Source: an uncultured bacterium | GTDB lineage: Bacteria; Latescibacterota; UBA2968 | NCBI GenBank assembly: GCA_964471275.1 | Contig: CAYYGZ010000006.1 | Coordinates: 1 to 46,259, forward strand | Length of the DNA stretch: 46,259 nucleotides | Direction of reading: 5' to 3' | In this document: in pieces, positions 18,673-29,043 of the stretch | How the letters are laid out: each line of letters opens with the position of its first letter | Numbering within the stretch: position 1 is the first letter of the stretch | The notes under the pieces: generated by a model | Databases searched by the model: none | The model's input: only the letters and a program-made list of their open reading frames with translations | What the model was told of the DNA's origin: nothing | Made by a program: the position numbers and the translations under genes

Positions 18673-19478
18673 TTGTTCACACGGACGGTCTGATCCTCCG
18701 CACACACAAGATGACGGAGACCAGCTTGGTCGTCGTTGTATACACGAAAGCGTGGGGCAAGGTCCGATTGGCGGCAAAGGGTGCGCGACGACCGAAGTCG
18801 CGATTCGGGGCGGCCTTCCAGCCCATCACGTGGGGGTCCTACGTCTATTATCGCAAAGAGGGCCGTGATCTTCAGACGGCCAGCGAAGGAGACATTCACT
18901 ACACCTTCGACGGTGTGAAACAGGACTATGAGCGGCTGGGATATGGGAGCGCCGTATGCGATCTACTTGATCATATGACGGCCGAAGATGATCCAAACGC
19001 ATTGCTCCTGAGCATCACTCTGGATACGTTGAGGTGGATGGAGACTGTCGAACACAACCGTCTTGAACTACCCCTCCTCTACTATCAGATTAAGGCGGCC
19101 GGATGCCTGGGATATCGTCCACACCTGAGTGGCTGCACGGTCACCGGTGAGCGACTTGACGGGTCACGCGCCTGGTTCAGTCCCGAGCACGGGGGGACGG
19201 CTCGTCGGAGAACGGACGGCGCGGGTGTCTGGCTGGATGCGTCAACCGTCGCATTCCTGGAGCATCTCCAGACCCAGACTCCCGATCGGATCGATGCCGA
19301 TGCCTACGATCGTGTGGACAGAAACCAATGTCGGATGGCGGTCCGGCATTACCTAGACTACCATCTGGGTGATCGGCGCCCAAAGTCGTTCCTGTATCTC
19401 GAGAAGCTGAGGAGCAGTCAGGCCGATCGGTCTGCCGTAGCGGCCGATTATCCCGTTGCAGGAGGAGTGACGCCTTGA
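18669..19478 (+). CDS. recO: DNA repair protein RecO
   Basis: DGLILRTHKMTETSLVVVVYTKAWGKVRLAAKGARRPKSRF is the typical RecO OB-fold N-terminus. GTG start overlaps ftsB by 4 nt. Confidence 0.85.
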   Translation: MIVHTDGLILRTHKMTETSLVVVVYTKAWGKVRLAAKGARRPKSRFGAAFQPITWGSYVYYRKEGRDLQTASEGDIHYTFDGVKQDYERLGYGSAVCDLLDHMTAEDDPNALLLSITLDTLRWMETVEHNRLELPLLYYQIKAAGCLGYRPHLSGCTVTGERLDGSRAWFSPEHGGTARRRTDGAGVWLDASTVAFLEHLQTQTPDRIDADAYDRVDRNQCRMAVRHYLDYHLGDRRPKSFLYLEKLRSSQADRSAVAADYPVAGGVTP

Positions 19479-19972
19479 GATGGCCCTGGCAGAAGAGATC
19501 AAGCATCGGTCGATGGGCCGATATTTCCCTGTTCGCTGAGCTGAGTCATCGTGAGCAGCAGGAGATCAATCGTGTTTTCCAGCGCAAGACCTATGAGTCA
19601 GGTGAGGTCGTGTTTCAGCAAGGCAACCCGGGGAGGGGCCTGTTCATCGTGATGACGGGGAGCGTCGATGTGCAGCAGGAAGAAGCGGATGGGACGCTCA
19701 TCCAACTGGCATCAGCGAAGCCAGGAGAGTTCTTCGGGGAGCTGGCGCTTCTGGACGATGCACCACGGACCGCTACGGCGATCGCCGTCGACGAGACGTC
19801 TCTGGTGGCCCTCTTTCGGACGGATCTCCTCGCGTTGTCCGAGACCCGGCCGCGTCTGGGCGTGAAGATTCTGATCAAGCTTTCGCAGATTGTCGCAGAG
19901 CGACTTCGACGCACCAATCGTGCCCTGAAGGATGTACGCCTGATGGCGGACACCGCAAAGGAAGGCGCATAG
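19475..19972 (+). CDS. Stand-alone cyclic-nucleotide-binding domain protein (no DNA-binding domain)
   Basis: cNMP-binding fold motifs GEVVFQQGNPGRGLFIVMTGSV and FFGELALLDDAPRTATAIA. At 165 aa it ends in one helix with no HTH. TTG start overlaps the recO stop (TTGA). Confidence 0.75.
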   Translation: MRWPWQKRSSIGRWADISLFAELSHREQQEINRVFQRKTYESGEVVFQQGNPGRGLFIVMTGSVDVQQEEADGTLIQLASAKPGEFFGELALLDDAPRTATAIAVDETSLVALFRTDLLALSETRPRLGVKILIKLSQIVAERLRRTNRALKDVRLMADTAKEGA

Positions 19973-19975
19973 ACC

Positions 19976-21412
19976 GTGGAAGAAACCCGATCTGCAAGTC
20001 TGACCGTCTCGCAGTTTCTGCGAGGTGTGCTTGTTGCGGCCACCCTCGTGGTTGCGGCTTGGGTTCTGTACATGATACGGGGGATTCTGATGCCGTTCGG
20101 CATCGCCTTTGTCCTCTCCTATCTCCTCGTGCCCGTGGTCGACTACCTCGAATCTCATCGAGTGAATCGCATGGCCGGAACGGCTCTGGTTCTGATTTCG
20201 ATCACCGGAATCTTCGTGATCTCGATCGTCACGTTCATTCCGGTTCTGGTTACCGGGATGGGTGATATGAAGGACAGCATCCTCGGACGTCGTCCGGTTT
20301 GGTCTTGTGTGATCCTGAATCGTGGATGGGAACTCGTTCGATTTATGGACGGTGAGACAAGTCATCCGGAGTTCGTACTGGATCCTAAAGCCTTTCCGAT
20401 CGAACTCGCACCTGGGGAGCAGGATACAGTCACGATCGAATATGCCCCGAGCAGCATGGCGCCTATTGTGGCCACTGCCATCATATCGAGTGATAACGAG
20501 GACACGTCACCCCTCGTTCTGAGACTCAGTGGAAACCTGAGCGGGGAGGCCGATCCCGTCAATCTTGTTCCAGGCAAGATGAAGAGCCTGGGTCCGATGC
20601 TGGTGGCCGTATCCGATTCTGCGTATGCTTTCGGCCATGTCGATCCGGGCTACCTGATGCACTTCAAGATGCAGATGGCGGCTTTGCAGCCGCAGGTGGA
20701 AAAAGCGTTTCCGCAGTTCGAGAATCTGGACATCGCGCAGGAAATTGGCGGTCGTGTTCAGAGCGCAGCGACCGATGTGCTGAAGAAGACCCCGGCACTG
20801 CTTGGTGGTGTTCTTTCGGGCATCACGTTTCTGGTGATCGTGCCGCTGGTCCTGTTCTTTCTGCTCGCCGAGGGCCGATCGATCAAGCGAGGGCTGATTG
20901 AGATCATCCCGAACCAGTACTTCGAGATGGTGTTGAATCTGCTTCATCGGATCAACCAGCAACTCGGCGGTTACATCCGCGGGATGGTCATGTCGGTGGT
21001 GATCGTCTCACTGCTTTCGATTCTGGGGCTTCGCGTGATCGGGCTTCGCGACTACCTGGTGGTCGGCACGATTGCCGGTGTATCCAACATCATACCGTAT
21101 CTGGGCCCGTTGATCGGAATCCTAGCGGGTACCATCGCCGCCATTTTACAGTATTCGACACTCGGTTGGGCAACCGTTTTGCCCGTTGTGATTGTGTTCT
21201 TGGTCGTACAGTTGATGGACAACGTGTTTGTGCAACCGGTAGTTGTCGCGAGAAGCGTGAATCTGCATCCGCTGATTGTGATCTTTGTCGTTCTCGTTGG
21301 GAGTCAGATGTTTGGTGCTGTCGGTATGCTTCTGGCGGTGCCGCTGACCGCCGTTCTGAAGGTGTCTGTACAAACTGTATATGAAGGCTTGCGGAGCTAC
21401 TCGCTTACTTGA
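19976..21412 (+). CDS. AI-2E (PerM/UPF0118) family transporter with a ~130-aa inserted beta-rich domain
   Basis: Multiple TM helices and a family-typical C-terminal half (GGYIRGM..., IPYLGP, QLMDNVFVQP, AVGMLLAVPL). Residues ~105-235 form a non-membrane insertion. GTG start lies 3 nt after the previous stop. Confidence 0.8.
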   Translation: MEETRSASLTVSQFLRGVLVAATLVVAAWVLYMIRGILMPFGIAFVLSYLLVPVVDYLESHRVNRMAGTALVLISITGIFVISIVTFIPVLVTGMGDMKDSILGRRPVWSCVILNRGWELVRFMDGETSHPEFVLDPKAFPIELAPGEQDTVTIEYAPSSMAPIVATAIISSDNEDTSPLVLRLSGNLSGEADPVNLVPGKMKSLGPMLVAVSDSAYAFGHVDPGYLMHFKMQMAALQPQVEKAFPQFENLDIAQEIGGRVQSAATDVLKKTPALLGGVLSGITFLVIVPLVLFFLLAEGRSIKRGLIEIIPNQYFEMVLNLLHRINQQLGGYIRGMVMSVVIVSLLSILGLRVIGLRDYLVVGTIAGVSNIIPYLGPLIGILAGTIAAILQYSTLGWATVLPVVIVFLVVQLMDNVFVQPVVVARSVNLHPLIVIFVVLVGSQMFGAVGMLLAVPLTAVLKVSVQTVYEGLRSYSLT

Positions 21413-21458
21413 GGGCTCGCGTGACGAAACGTGTTGCAGGGAGAGAGTGAACAGATTC

Positions 21459-24134
21459 ATGGCGGATCAAGAGCAATTGGAGAAGACATACGACCCGGCG
21501 TATGTGGAGGGACGTTGGTATGACCGCTGGGAAGCGGATGGCCACTTCCAGCCGAACACCGATGCGAAGAACGGGCCGTTTACCGTCACGATTCCGCCGC
21601 CGAACGTTACCGGCGAGCTCCACATGGGGCACGCCCTTCAGCACGCGATCCACGATACGATGATCCGGTGGAAGCGGATGCAGGGATTCGAGACGCTGTG
21701 TCTTCCCGGAACGGATCACGCAGGCATTGGAACTCAAGCCAAGGTGGAAGAGGCGCTCTACACAGAGACGAAGCAGACGCGTCACGACATCACGCGTGAA
21801 GAGATGCTCGAACGTATCTGGGAGTGGCGCGGCAAGTATGGTGACACGATTCTAAAGCAGCTGCGTGACCTGGGATGCAGCTACGACTGGTCGCGGACAC
21901 GGTTCACGATGGACGAGGGATACCATCGCGCCGTGATCGAAACGTTCGTCAAGTTCTACGAGAAGGGCTGGATCTACAGGGGCAGACGCATCGTCAACTG
22001 GTGCCCCCAGTGCGAATCCGTGATCTCGGATCTGGAAGTGGATGAGATCGAAGCCGACAGCCATCTCTGGCACATCCGGTATCCCGGAATCGACGGCGGA
22101 CCCGACGTGGTTGTGGCGACCACCCGACCGGAAACGATGCTCGGTGACACGGGGGTCGCCGTGCACCCGGACGACAAACGGTTTGCGGGTGCAGTCGGCA
22201 AGCACGTGATGCTACCGCTTGTGGATCGGGAGATCCCGATCGTAGCGGATGAAGCGGCGGATCCGGAGATGGGGAGCGGCGCCGTGAAGGTGACGCCTTC
22301 ACACGATCCGAACGACTATGAGATTGGTCAACGACAGGGCTTGCCCGAGATCCAGGTGATCGGGCTGGACGGGACGATGACCGAGGCGGCCGGCCCATAC
22401 GCAGGGCAGGACCGATATGCGTGTCGGAAGGCTGTATTGGCGGCACTCGAGGATTGCGGCTACCTGGTCCAGGCCGATGATCACACGCACGCAGTCCCGC
22501 ATCACGATCGGTGTGGCACTGTGATCGAGCCACTGGCGATGGAGCAATGGTTTGTGAGTATGCGTGATCTGGCCGATCAAGCACTCCCGGTTCTTCAGGA
22601 GGACGGGATCCGGTATGTGCCGGACCGGTTTCGTTCCTACACTGTGGATTGGCTCGAGAATATCCGAGACTGGTGCATCTCGCGTCAGATCTGGTGGGGG
22701 CATCGGATCCCGGCGTGGACTCACAAGGAGACCGGAGAGGTCGTCGTTTCCTCCGAGCCGCCCGCGGACGCTTCAGCGTTTGAACAGGACCCGGATGTGC
22801 TGGATACCTGGTTCAGTTCGGCGCTCTGGCCGTTCGCTACAATGGGGTGGCCGGACCGAACAGACGATCTGAAGCGATACCACCCGAATGATCTGATGAT
22901 CACGGGGCGCGATATTCTGTATCTGTGGGTCGTGCGCATGGTGATGACTGCCATTGAGTTCGAGGACGTGATACCGTTCAAGACCGTTCTGGTCCACCCG
23001 ACTGTTCAGACCCGGGATGGGAAGCGGATGAGCAAGTCACTCGGCACGGGGATCGACCCTCGTGAGCTCATCAGTCTGTATGGTGCGGACGCGACCCGTC
23101 TCTCTCTGCTCTACCAATGTGGGAGCTCGCAGGATATCAGGTTTGATGCAGAAGTGAAGGACAACCGTCTCGAGGTCTCACCGGTGACTGAATCGTGCCG
23201 GAACTTCTGCAACAAGATCTGGAATGCTTCGCGGTTCGTGCTGATGAACTTGAGCGACCGTGATCTGTCCGATGCTTTCCTGGCCGCGAAACCTGAAGCC
23301 GTGTCCGATCTCCCTGATCGCTGGATCATGAGTCGCTACAACCGCACGATCCAATCGGTTACGGCCTCGCTCGACTCGTATCGCTTCGACGAGGCATCAC
23401 GGGCACTCTACGAATTTGTCTGGAATGACTATTGCGACTGGTATGTCGAGCTGGCAAAGGTGAAGCTGAACGGCGAGGACAGCGTGGCACGCGCTCAGAC
23501 GCAACAGATTCTGTGCCACGTGATTGAAGGCACCCTGCGGATGCTCCATCCGATGATTCCCTTTATCTCGGAAGAGCTCTGGCAGCAATTTCCGCACGAA
23601 GGAGATTATCTGATCGCGGCAGCGTGGCCTGAAGTCGACTCCACCCGTTTTGATGAAGCGGCCGAGCAGGACGTTCGGAACGTGCAGGATGTGATCGGAG
23701 CGGTCCGGAACATCCGGGGCACCATGCGTGTCCCGCCGGGAAAGAGAGTCGATCTGGTAATCAAGGTGGAAGATGCCGAACTGAAATCATTGCTAGATGC
23801 AGCCGAGCCTTACATTCAAGAACTGGGCCGGATCGGTTCACTGGCGACAGGCGCTGATGTTAGCCGCCCTCCGGCATCGGGTACGGCCACACTGGCGGAC
23901 GCCGAAGTTTATGTGCCGCTGGAAGGCGTGATCGATCTGGATGTGGAACGTCAGCGGCAGCAGAAGGAGTTGGACAAGCTGGAGAAGCTTCTGGGTGGAC
24001 TCGACAAGAAGCTTCAGAATGAGAAGTTCTTGGAAAACGCACCTGCCGATGTGGTGGACAACGAGCGTCAGAAGCAGATCGAATACGCGGTAACCGCCAG
24101 CCGGATCAAAGACACACTCGCCTCCCTGACCTGA
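21459..24134 (+). CDS. valS: Valine--tRNA ligase
   Basis: PPPNVTGELHMGH (HIGH), KMSKS, a CP1 editing domain and a C-terminal coiled coil. ATG 21459 gives the usual N-terminus (YDPAYVEGRWYDRWE). Confidence 0.95.
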   Translation: MADQEQLEKTYDPAYVEGRWYDRWEADGHFQPNTDAKNGPFTVTIPPPNVTGELHMGHALQHAIHDTMIRWKRMQGFETLCLPGTDHAGIGTQAKVEEALYTETKQTRHDITREEMLERIWEWRGKYGDTILKQLRDLGCSYDWSRTRFTMDEGYHRAVIETFVKFYEKGWIYRGRRIVNWCPQCESVISDLEVDEIEADSHLWHIRYPGIDGGPDVVVATTRPETMLGDTGVAVHPDDKRFAGAVGKHVMLPLVDREIPIVADEAADPEMGSGAVKVTPSHDPNDYEIGQRQGLPEIQVIGLDGTMTEAAGPYAGQDRYACRKAVLAALEDCGYLVQADDHTHAVPHHDRCGTVIEPLAMEQWFVSMRDLADQALPVLQEDGIRYVPDRFRSYTVDWLENIRDWCISRQIWWGHRIPAWTHKETGEVVVSSEPPADASAFEQDPDVLDTWFSSALWPFATMGWPDRTDDLKRYHPNDLMITGRDILYLWVVRMVMTAIEFEDVIPFKTVLVHPTVQTRDGKRMSKSLGTGIDPRELISLYGADATRLSLLYQCGSSQDIRFDAEVKDNRLEVSPVTESCRNFCNKIWNASRFVLMNLSDRDLSDAFLAAKPEAVSDLPDRWIMSRYNRTIQSVTASLDSYRFDEASRALYEFVWNDYCDWYVELAKVKLNGEDSVARAQTQQILCHVIEGTLRMLHPMIPFISEELWQQFPHEGDYLIAAAWPEVDSTRFDEAAEQDVRNVQDVIGAVRNIRGTMRVPPGKRVDLVIKVEDAELKSLLDAAEPYIQELGRIGSLATGADVSRPPASGTATLADAEVYVPLEGVIDLDVERQRQQKELDKLEKLLGGLDKKLQNEKFLENAPADVVDNERQKQIEYAVTASRIKDTLASLT

Positions 24135-24146
24135 AGCTGATACCGG

Positions 24147-26276
24147 ATGTTTCGATACTACGCCGTTCGCATCCTCGCCTACTGTTCGATCTGTGCTCTC
24201 CTGATGGCTCTCTTCGCAGGCGGCGTAATCTGGCATTTCCAGGATGGTCTGCCTTCTTTCGACGAGTTGGAAGACGTCGACCCCGCCCGCACGACGAATA
24301 TCTACTCCGCTGACGGCAAGATCCTCCGAAAGTTCTGGGTTCAACGACGCGATCCGATCACATACGATCAACTGCCTCAAGCCGCTATCGACGGATTGAT
24401 TTCTACAGAGGACCAGCACTACTGGCGACACTGGGGCGTCAGCATTCCGGATATCTTCAGAGTCATCGTCCGGAATCTCTGGGTAGAGGGCAGACTGAAG
24501 GGACACGGCGCCAGCACGATCACTCAGCAGCTTGCCCGGAACATCTTTCTTACCCAGGATCAAACCTGGGCCCGTAAGGTAGCCGAGCAGTTGACTGCAG
24601 TTCTTCTGGAACGCACCTACACCAAGCGCGAGATCATCGAGAAGTATTTCAACCGGATGCTGTTTGGACGTGGAGCCCACGGGATCGAAGCCGCTGCCCA
24701 GCGTTTCTTTGGGAAGGGGGCGAAGGAGATGTCGATCGACGAGTGTGCTCTACTCGTCGGTCTGCTGAAGGGACCCTACTATTACTCCCCGGTGAACCAT
24801 CCCCACCGTGCGAAGGATCGTCGCAACATCGTACTCCGCAGCATGTATCGGGCAGGTCGCATCACGGGCGATGAGTATCGATCGGCGCGTCTCCGTCCCA
24901 TCGTGCTGAAGCCTCTGGACGAGGCGACAGGGGATGCGCCATACTTCACTGAACACGTACGCCAGTATATTGAGAATACGTATGGCGTGAAGCATCTGTA
25001 CAAGGATGGCGTGTCCGTTCATACGACGCTGGATTCACGCGTTCAGCAGATCGCCGAGGAGGTACTGGGGAAGCAGCTCGAGGAAGTCCAGAGAATGGTA
25101 GATGAGCGGCGCAGAAGGAATCCGCCGGATTCCACATTCTGGGAAGGTGTCGAGACCAGAGCGGATACGCTCGCAGCAACGATTGTCCAAGGCGCCCTGG
25201 TCGCACTTGACCCTCACACGGGTCATATCCTCGCGATGGTCGGGGGCAGGAACTTTACCGAGAGCAAGTTCAATCGTGCGATTCAGGCGCTTCGTCAGCC
25301 CGGTTCGTCCTTCAAGCCGTTTGTGTATACGGCTGCGCTCGACAAGGGCCTTCGCCCGACTCTGAAGATCCCGGACACCGCGGTGTCGATTCCGATGGCA
25401 GGCGGTACATTCTGGCAGCCAGAAAACTACGATCGAAAGTTTCTGGGATGGATGACGATGCGGCAGGGACTTTACATGTCCCGGAACGTCGTCACGACAC
25501 AGGTTCTGCAGAAGATCGGTCCGCGAACCGCGGTGGCCTGTGCCAAGAAGCTCGGGATCAAGACACGTCTTCGTCCGTATCTTTCGCTTGCGATGGGCAC
25601 GAGCGAGGTCACGCTGATGGACATGGTCTCTGCCTACGGGACGTATCCGAACAAGGGGATCCACGTCGACCCGATCGCGATTACGCGAATCATAGACAAG
25701 GAAGGCGAGGTACTCGAGGAGCGTGTTGCAGGTAAGGAAAGCGTCGCGCTGAGTGCCGAGACGGCAGCAGTTTCCGTGAACATGTTGCAGTCGGTCATGG
25801 ATCAACCCAAGGGAACGGGATACTATGGTGCGAGACGTGTTCACCGGTTCCGGCGACCTGCGGGAGGGAAGACGGGGACGACGCAGAATTTCGCGGATAC
25901 GTGGTTTGTCGGGTTTACGCCACAGATCGTGGCCGGTGTGTGGGTCGGACTCGATGCGAAGGTGTCACTTGGTGACCGGATGTCGGGCGCTGTCGTGGCT
26001 GTCCCTGTGTGGGCACGTTTCATGAAACGCGCCCACACAGCTCTGGAACTGCCGGTCGAAGATTTCGAAATTCCGGAGACCGTACCACAACTCGACGTTT
26101 GTGATCAGACCTACGAGGTCGCGACGATCTATTGTCCAAACCCGTTCAAGGAGGTTTTCCTTCCCGGGACGGAGCCATCGAAGACGTGTCCCAAGCACGC
26201 GTCCCTGAACACGACATCGCCGTCGAATCAACGGGGCCGAGGAGTGCGGAAGAAGAAGCAGGGCTTCCAATTCTGA
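24147..26276 (+). CDS. mrcA: Class A penicillin-binding protein (PBP1A family transglycosylase/transpeptidase)
   Basis: N-terminal TM helix. GT51 motifs STEDQHYWRHWG and GASTITQQ. Transpeptidase motifs SSFKP, SRN and KTGTT. Confidence 0.9.
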   Translation: MFRYYAVRILAYCSICALLMALFAGGVIWHFQDGLPSFDELEDVDPARTTNIYSADGKILRKFWVQRRDPITYDQLPQAAIDGLISTEDQHYWRHWGVSIPDIFRVIVRNLWVEGRLKGHGASTITQQLARNIFLTQDQTWARKVAEQLTAVLLERTYTKREIIEKYFNRMLFGRGAHGIEAAAQRFFGKGAKEMSIDECALLVGLLKGPYYYSPVNHPHRAKDRRNIVLRSMYRAGRITGDEYRSARLRPIVLKPLDEATGDAPYFTEHVRQYIENTYGVKHLYKDGVSVHTTLDSRVQQIAEEVLGKQLEEVQRMVDERRRRNPPDSTFWEGVETRADTLAATIVQGALVALDPHTGHILAMVGGRNFTESKFNRAIQALRQPGSSFKPFVYTAALDKGLRPTLKIPDTAVSIPMAGGTFWQPENYDRKFLGWMTMRQGLYMSRNVVTTQVLQKIGPRTAVACAKKLGIKTRLRPYLSLAMGTSEVTLMDMVSAYGTYPNKGIHVDPIAITRIIDKEGEVLEERVAGKESVALSAETAAVSVNMLQSVMDQPKGTGYYGARRVHRFRRPAGGKTGTTQNFADTWFVGFTPQIVAGVWVGLDAKVSLGDRMSGAVVAVPVWARFMKRAHTALELPVEDFEIPETVPQLDVCDQTYEVATIYCPNPFKEVFLPGTEPSKTCPKHASLNTTSPSNQRGRGVRKKKQGFQF

Positions 26277-26295
26277 TCGATCAGGCTGCGCAGAA

Positions 26296-26345
26296 ATGGA
26301 AAGGGCGCTCTGCAGGATAATCCCCTGCAGAGCGCCCTCTTATTT
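26296..26345. terminator. Bidirectional intrinsic terminator between convergent PBP1A and secDF genes
   Basis: Perfect 15-bp stem AGGGCGCTCTGCAGG (26302-26316) / CCTGCAGAGCGCCCT (26324-26338), with T-rich flanks on both strands. Confidence 0.7.
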
Positions 26346-26387
26346 GCCTGCTGGGCCGTCGCCGACGTCGCAAGATACCGTTGGTGG

Positions 26388-28928
26388 TTAGGCAGTTGCC
26401 TCGGAGCCCTGCTTGGACAGCTTCCCGCGACCCTTGTCGGATGACCCCAGCCACTGGTATACGACGGGTGTCGCGATGAACGATGAGGAATACGTACCGA
26501 CGATCACGCCCACAAGCAGTGCCAGGGCAAAATCGCTCAGCACTTCGCCGCCCAGGGTGAGTAGCCCCATTACGACAAAGAGGGTCGTGCCTGATGTCAG
26601 AAAGGTTCGGTTAAGGCACCCGTTGATGCTTCGATTAAGGATCTGTCCGAAGCTCTCACGTCGATAGAGACGGAGGTCCTCGCGCACACGATCGAACACC
26701 ACGATCGTATCGTTCAGCGAGTATCCAACGATCGTAAGCAGTGCCGCAATGATCGCAAGCGAGATCTCCATGTCGAAGAGTGAGAAAACACCTAGCGTGA
26801 TGAGCACGTCGTGGATGAGCGCGACGACAGCCGCGATACCATACTGGATGCGCTTGAACCTGAACCAGATGTATACCACGATCAGGAGAATCGAAACGAG
26901 GATCGCATTGATCGCGTCGTTCTTGAGCTCGGCGCCGATCTTCGGGCCGACGGCCTCTTGTCTGCGGAGCCATTCACCCTCGGCCGGGATGCTCTCGCCA
27001 AACCGTGAGCGGAGCGTATTCCTGATACCGTCAGCAACCGCCGTGCCTTCCGCTTCCTCCTCGACTCGGATCAGAACATCATTCACGGATCCGAATTCCT
27101 TGATTTCGCTCCTGCGGAGATCCAGCGTTCTGTCCCCGACATCGACACTTGCGAGCGCATCGCGAATCTCCGATACGGGAACGACGGGATCAAAGTGCAG
27201 TTCGAGCAGCGTTCCTCCCTTGAAATCGATCCCGAGGTTGTATCCGCCCTTCACGATTGTCGACCCCAGTCCGACGAGGATCAGTACGAGCGAAAGCGCA
27301 AAGGCGATCTTGCGGAGTCCGAGGATCTCAAAAGCCGGCTTCCTGAAGATGCGTAGCTTGCCGATGCTGATGGATGAAACATCGGGTCTGCTGAGGATGA
27401 GGTTGAATACTGTTCGTGTGACGAACAGCGAGGTATACATACTCGAGAGGATTCCGACCATCAAAGTGAGAGCGAAGCCCTTGATCGGTCCGGTACCGAA
27501 CTGATACAGCACGATCGCCGTGATGATCGTCGTCAGATTTGCGTCGACGATCGTCAGGAACGCTCGACTATAGCCCGTGTCGACTGACGCGCGAACCGTC
27601 TTCCCGGAATCCAATTCCTCGCGGATGCGCTCGAAGATCAGGACATTCGCATCGACGGCCATACCGATGGTCAGGATGATACCCGCTATGCCCGGGAGTG
27701 TGAGGGTCCCGCCGAATCCGGCCAGGATCGCCATCACAAAGAGCAGGTTGAGCGTTAGGGCAAGGTCGGCGATAATGCCCGACAGACCGTAGTAGAAGAC
27801 CATGAACACCATCACGATCGCAAGCCCGATCAATGCGGCTTTGCGGCCCTTCTCGATGGAGTCACGACCGAGGGACGGCCCGACGGTTCGGTCTTCGACG
27901 ATGTCCACGTCCACCGGAAGCGATCCGGATCGAAGCACGATCGCAAGGTCCTTCGCCTCGTCGACTGAGGAGCTTCCCGTGATGATCGATCGACCATCGC
28001 GGATTTTAACCTGAATCGTCGGCGCGGAGTATATCCTGTTGTCGAGCACGATCGCCATTCGCTCATCTATGTGACTTCCCGTGACGCGGGAGAAGATCTT
28101 TACACCTTCATCAGTCGTCGAGAAGTTGATGATCGATTGGTTTGCGTATTCGAAGCTCTGGCCTCGCGTGACTTTGGCATCCTTCACGATCTCACCGGTC
28201 ATCTCTACTTTCTTGCGCACATAGTAGATCCGACGGTATTGATTGCCGTCCGCCATCTGTTCGAGCTTGCTGCCCCAGATGAACTCGCCGTCAGATGGCA
28301 CCAGATGCTCTGCCTCGGCTAGGATCGCCTGGACAGTTTTCTGATGATCCTCCGCGACCAGCCAGTCACCTCCACCGGAGTTCTGAAGAATGTATTTCCG
28401 AAGAGAGGGTGTCTCATCGGTGGCCCTGAAGATGTCCGATACGGCACTCAAGGAACTGTCGCCGCTCGTTTCCGCCAGGTAGCTATCGATCTTATCTAGA
28501 AGCGAGGTTCGCTCGAGAACTGGCTTGAGGATCTTGAATTCGAGACGCGCTCGCTCGCCGATCAGATCCTTTGCCCGCTGGATATCCTGGACGCCCGGCA
28601 GCTCGACGACGATCCGCCACTGACCTTCGCTGTGGATGATTGGCTCTGAGACGCCGAACTGATCGATCCGATTCGTGATGACTTCCTTTGCCCGCTCTAC
28701 GATGTCGCTACGCTCGTCCTCGGACAACTTGCTCGGGTCGACCTCGAGCACGAGATGAATTCCGCCCTGCAGATCAAGCCCCAGGTTAATGCTTTTCTTC
28801 TTGATCGACTCGAGCTGGTCTGGATTTGTCGGCGGGGCGAAGTAGTACTGGTATGTCGGATAGAGATAGTAGAGGCCAAGTATGATCGAGGCCGCCGTGA
28901 TGAGTGATCGCCAGGTGTCTCGCTTCAT
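26388..28928 (-). CDS. secDF: Protein translocase subunit SecDF (fused SecD-SecF)
   Basis: 846 aa with a SecD N-terminal TM helix and large periplasmic domain (LGLDLQGG), then two six-helix bundles (SecD and SecF halves, e.g. GIDFKGGT at the SecF start). Confidence 0.9.
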   Translation of the reverse strand: MKRDTWRSLITAASIILGLYYLYPTYQYYFAPPTNPDQLESIKKKSINLGLDLQGGIHLVLEVDPSKLSEDERSDIVERAKEVITNRIDQFGVSEPIIHSEGQWRIVVELPGVQDIQRAKDLIGERARLEFKILKPVLERTSLLDKIDSYLAETSGDSSLSAVSDIFRATDETPSLRKYILQNSGGGDWLVAEDHQKTVQAILAEAEHLVPSDGEFIWGSKLEQMADGNQYRRIYYVRKKVEMTGEIVKDAKVTRGQSFEYANQSIINFSTTDEGVKIFSRVTGSHIDERMAIVLDNRIYSAPTIQVKIRDGRSIITGSSSVDEAKDLAIVLRSGSLPVDVDIVEDRTVGPSLGRDSIEKGRKAALIGLAIVMVFMVFYYGLSGIIADLALTLNLLFVMAILAGFGGTLTLPGIAGIILTIGMAVDANVLIFERIREELDSGKTVRASVDTGYSRAFLTIVDANLTTIITAIVLYQFGTGPIKGFALTLMVGILSSMYTSLFVTRTVFNLILSRPDVSSISIGKLRIFRKPAFEILGLRKIAFALSLVLILVGLGSTIVKGGYNLGIDFKGGTLLELHFDPVVPVSEIRDALASVDVGDRTLDLRRSEIKEFGSVNDVLIRVEEEAEGTAVADGIRNTLRSRFGESIPAEGEWLRRQEAVGPKIGAELKNDAINAILVSILLIVVYIWFRFKRIQYGIAAVVALIHDVLITLGVFSLFDMEISLAIIAALLTIVGYSLNDTIVVFDRVREDLRLYRRESFGQILNRSINGCLNRTFLTSGTTLFVVMGLLTLGGEVLSDFALALLVGVIVGTYSSSFIATPVVYQWLGSSDKGRGKLSKQGSEATA

Positions 28929-28982
28929 TGTTTCCCGTGCGCTCCGTGTAGACGGGTGCGCCGACCCGTCGTTGTAAGACGC

Positions 28983-29024
28983 AAAAAAACGCCTGTCCGA
29001 TCAGGAATGGTCGCCGGACAAGCG
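28983..29024 (-). terminator. Rho-independent terminator after the polyprenyl synthase gene
   Basis: On the minus strand: CGCTTGTCCG, 15-nt loop, CGGACAGGCG, then T7 (plus-strand A7 at 28983-28989). Confidence 0.7.
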
Positions 29025-29043
29025 TCGCGTCGTCTCAGGTCAA

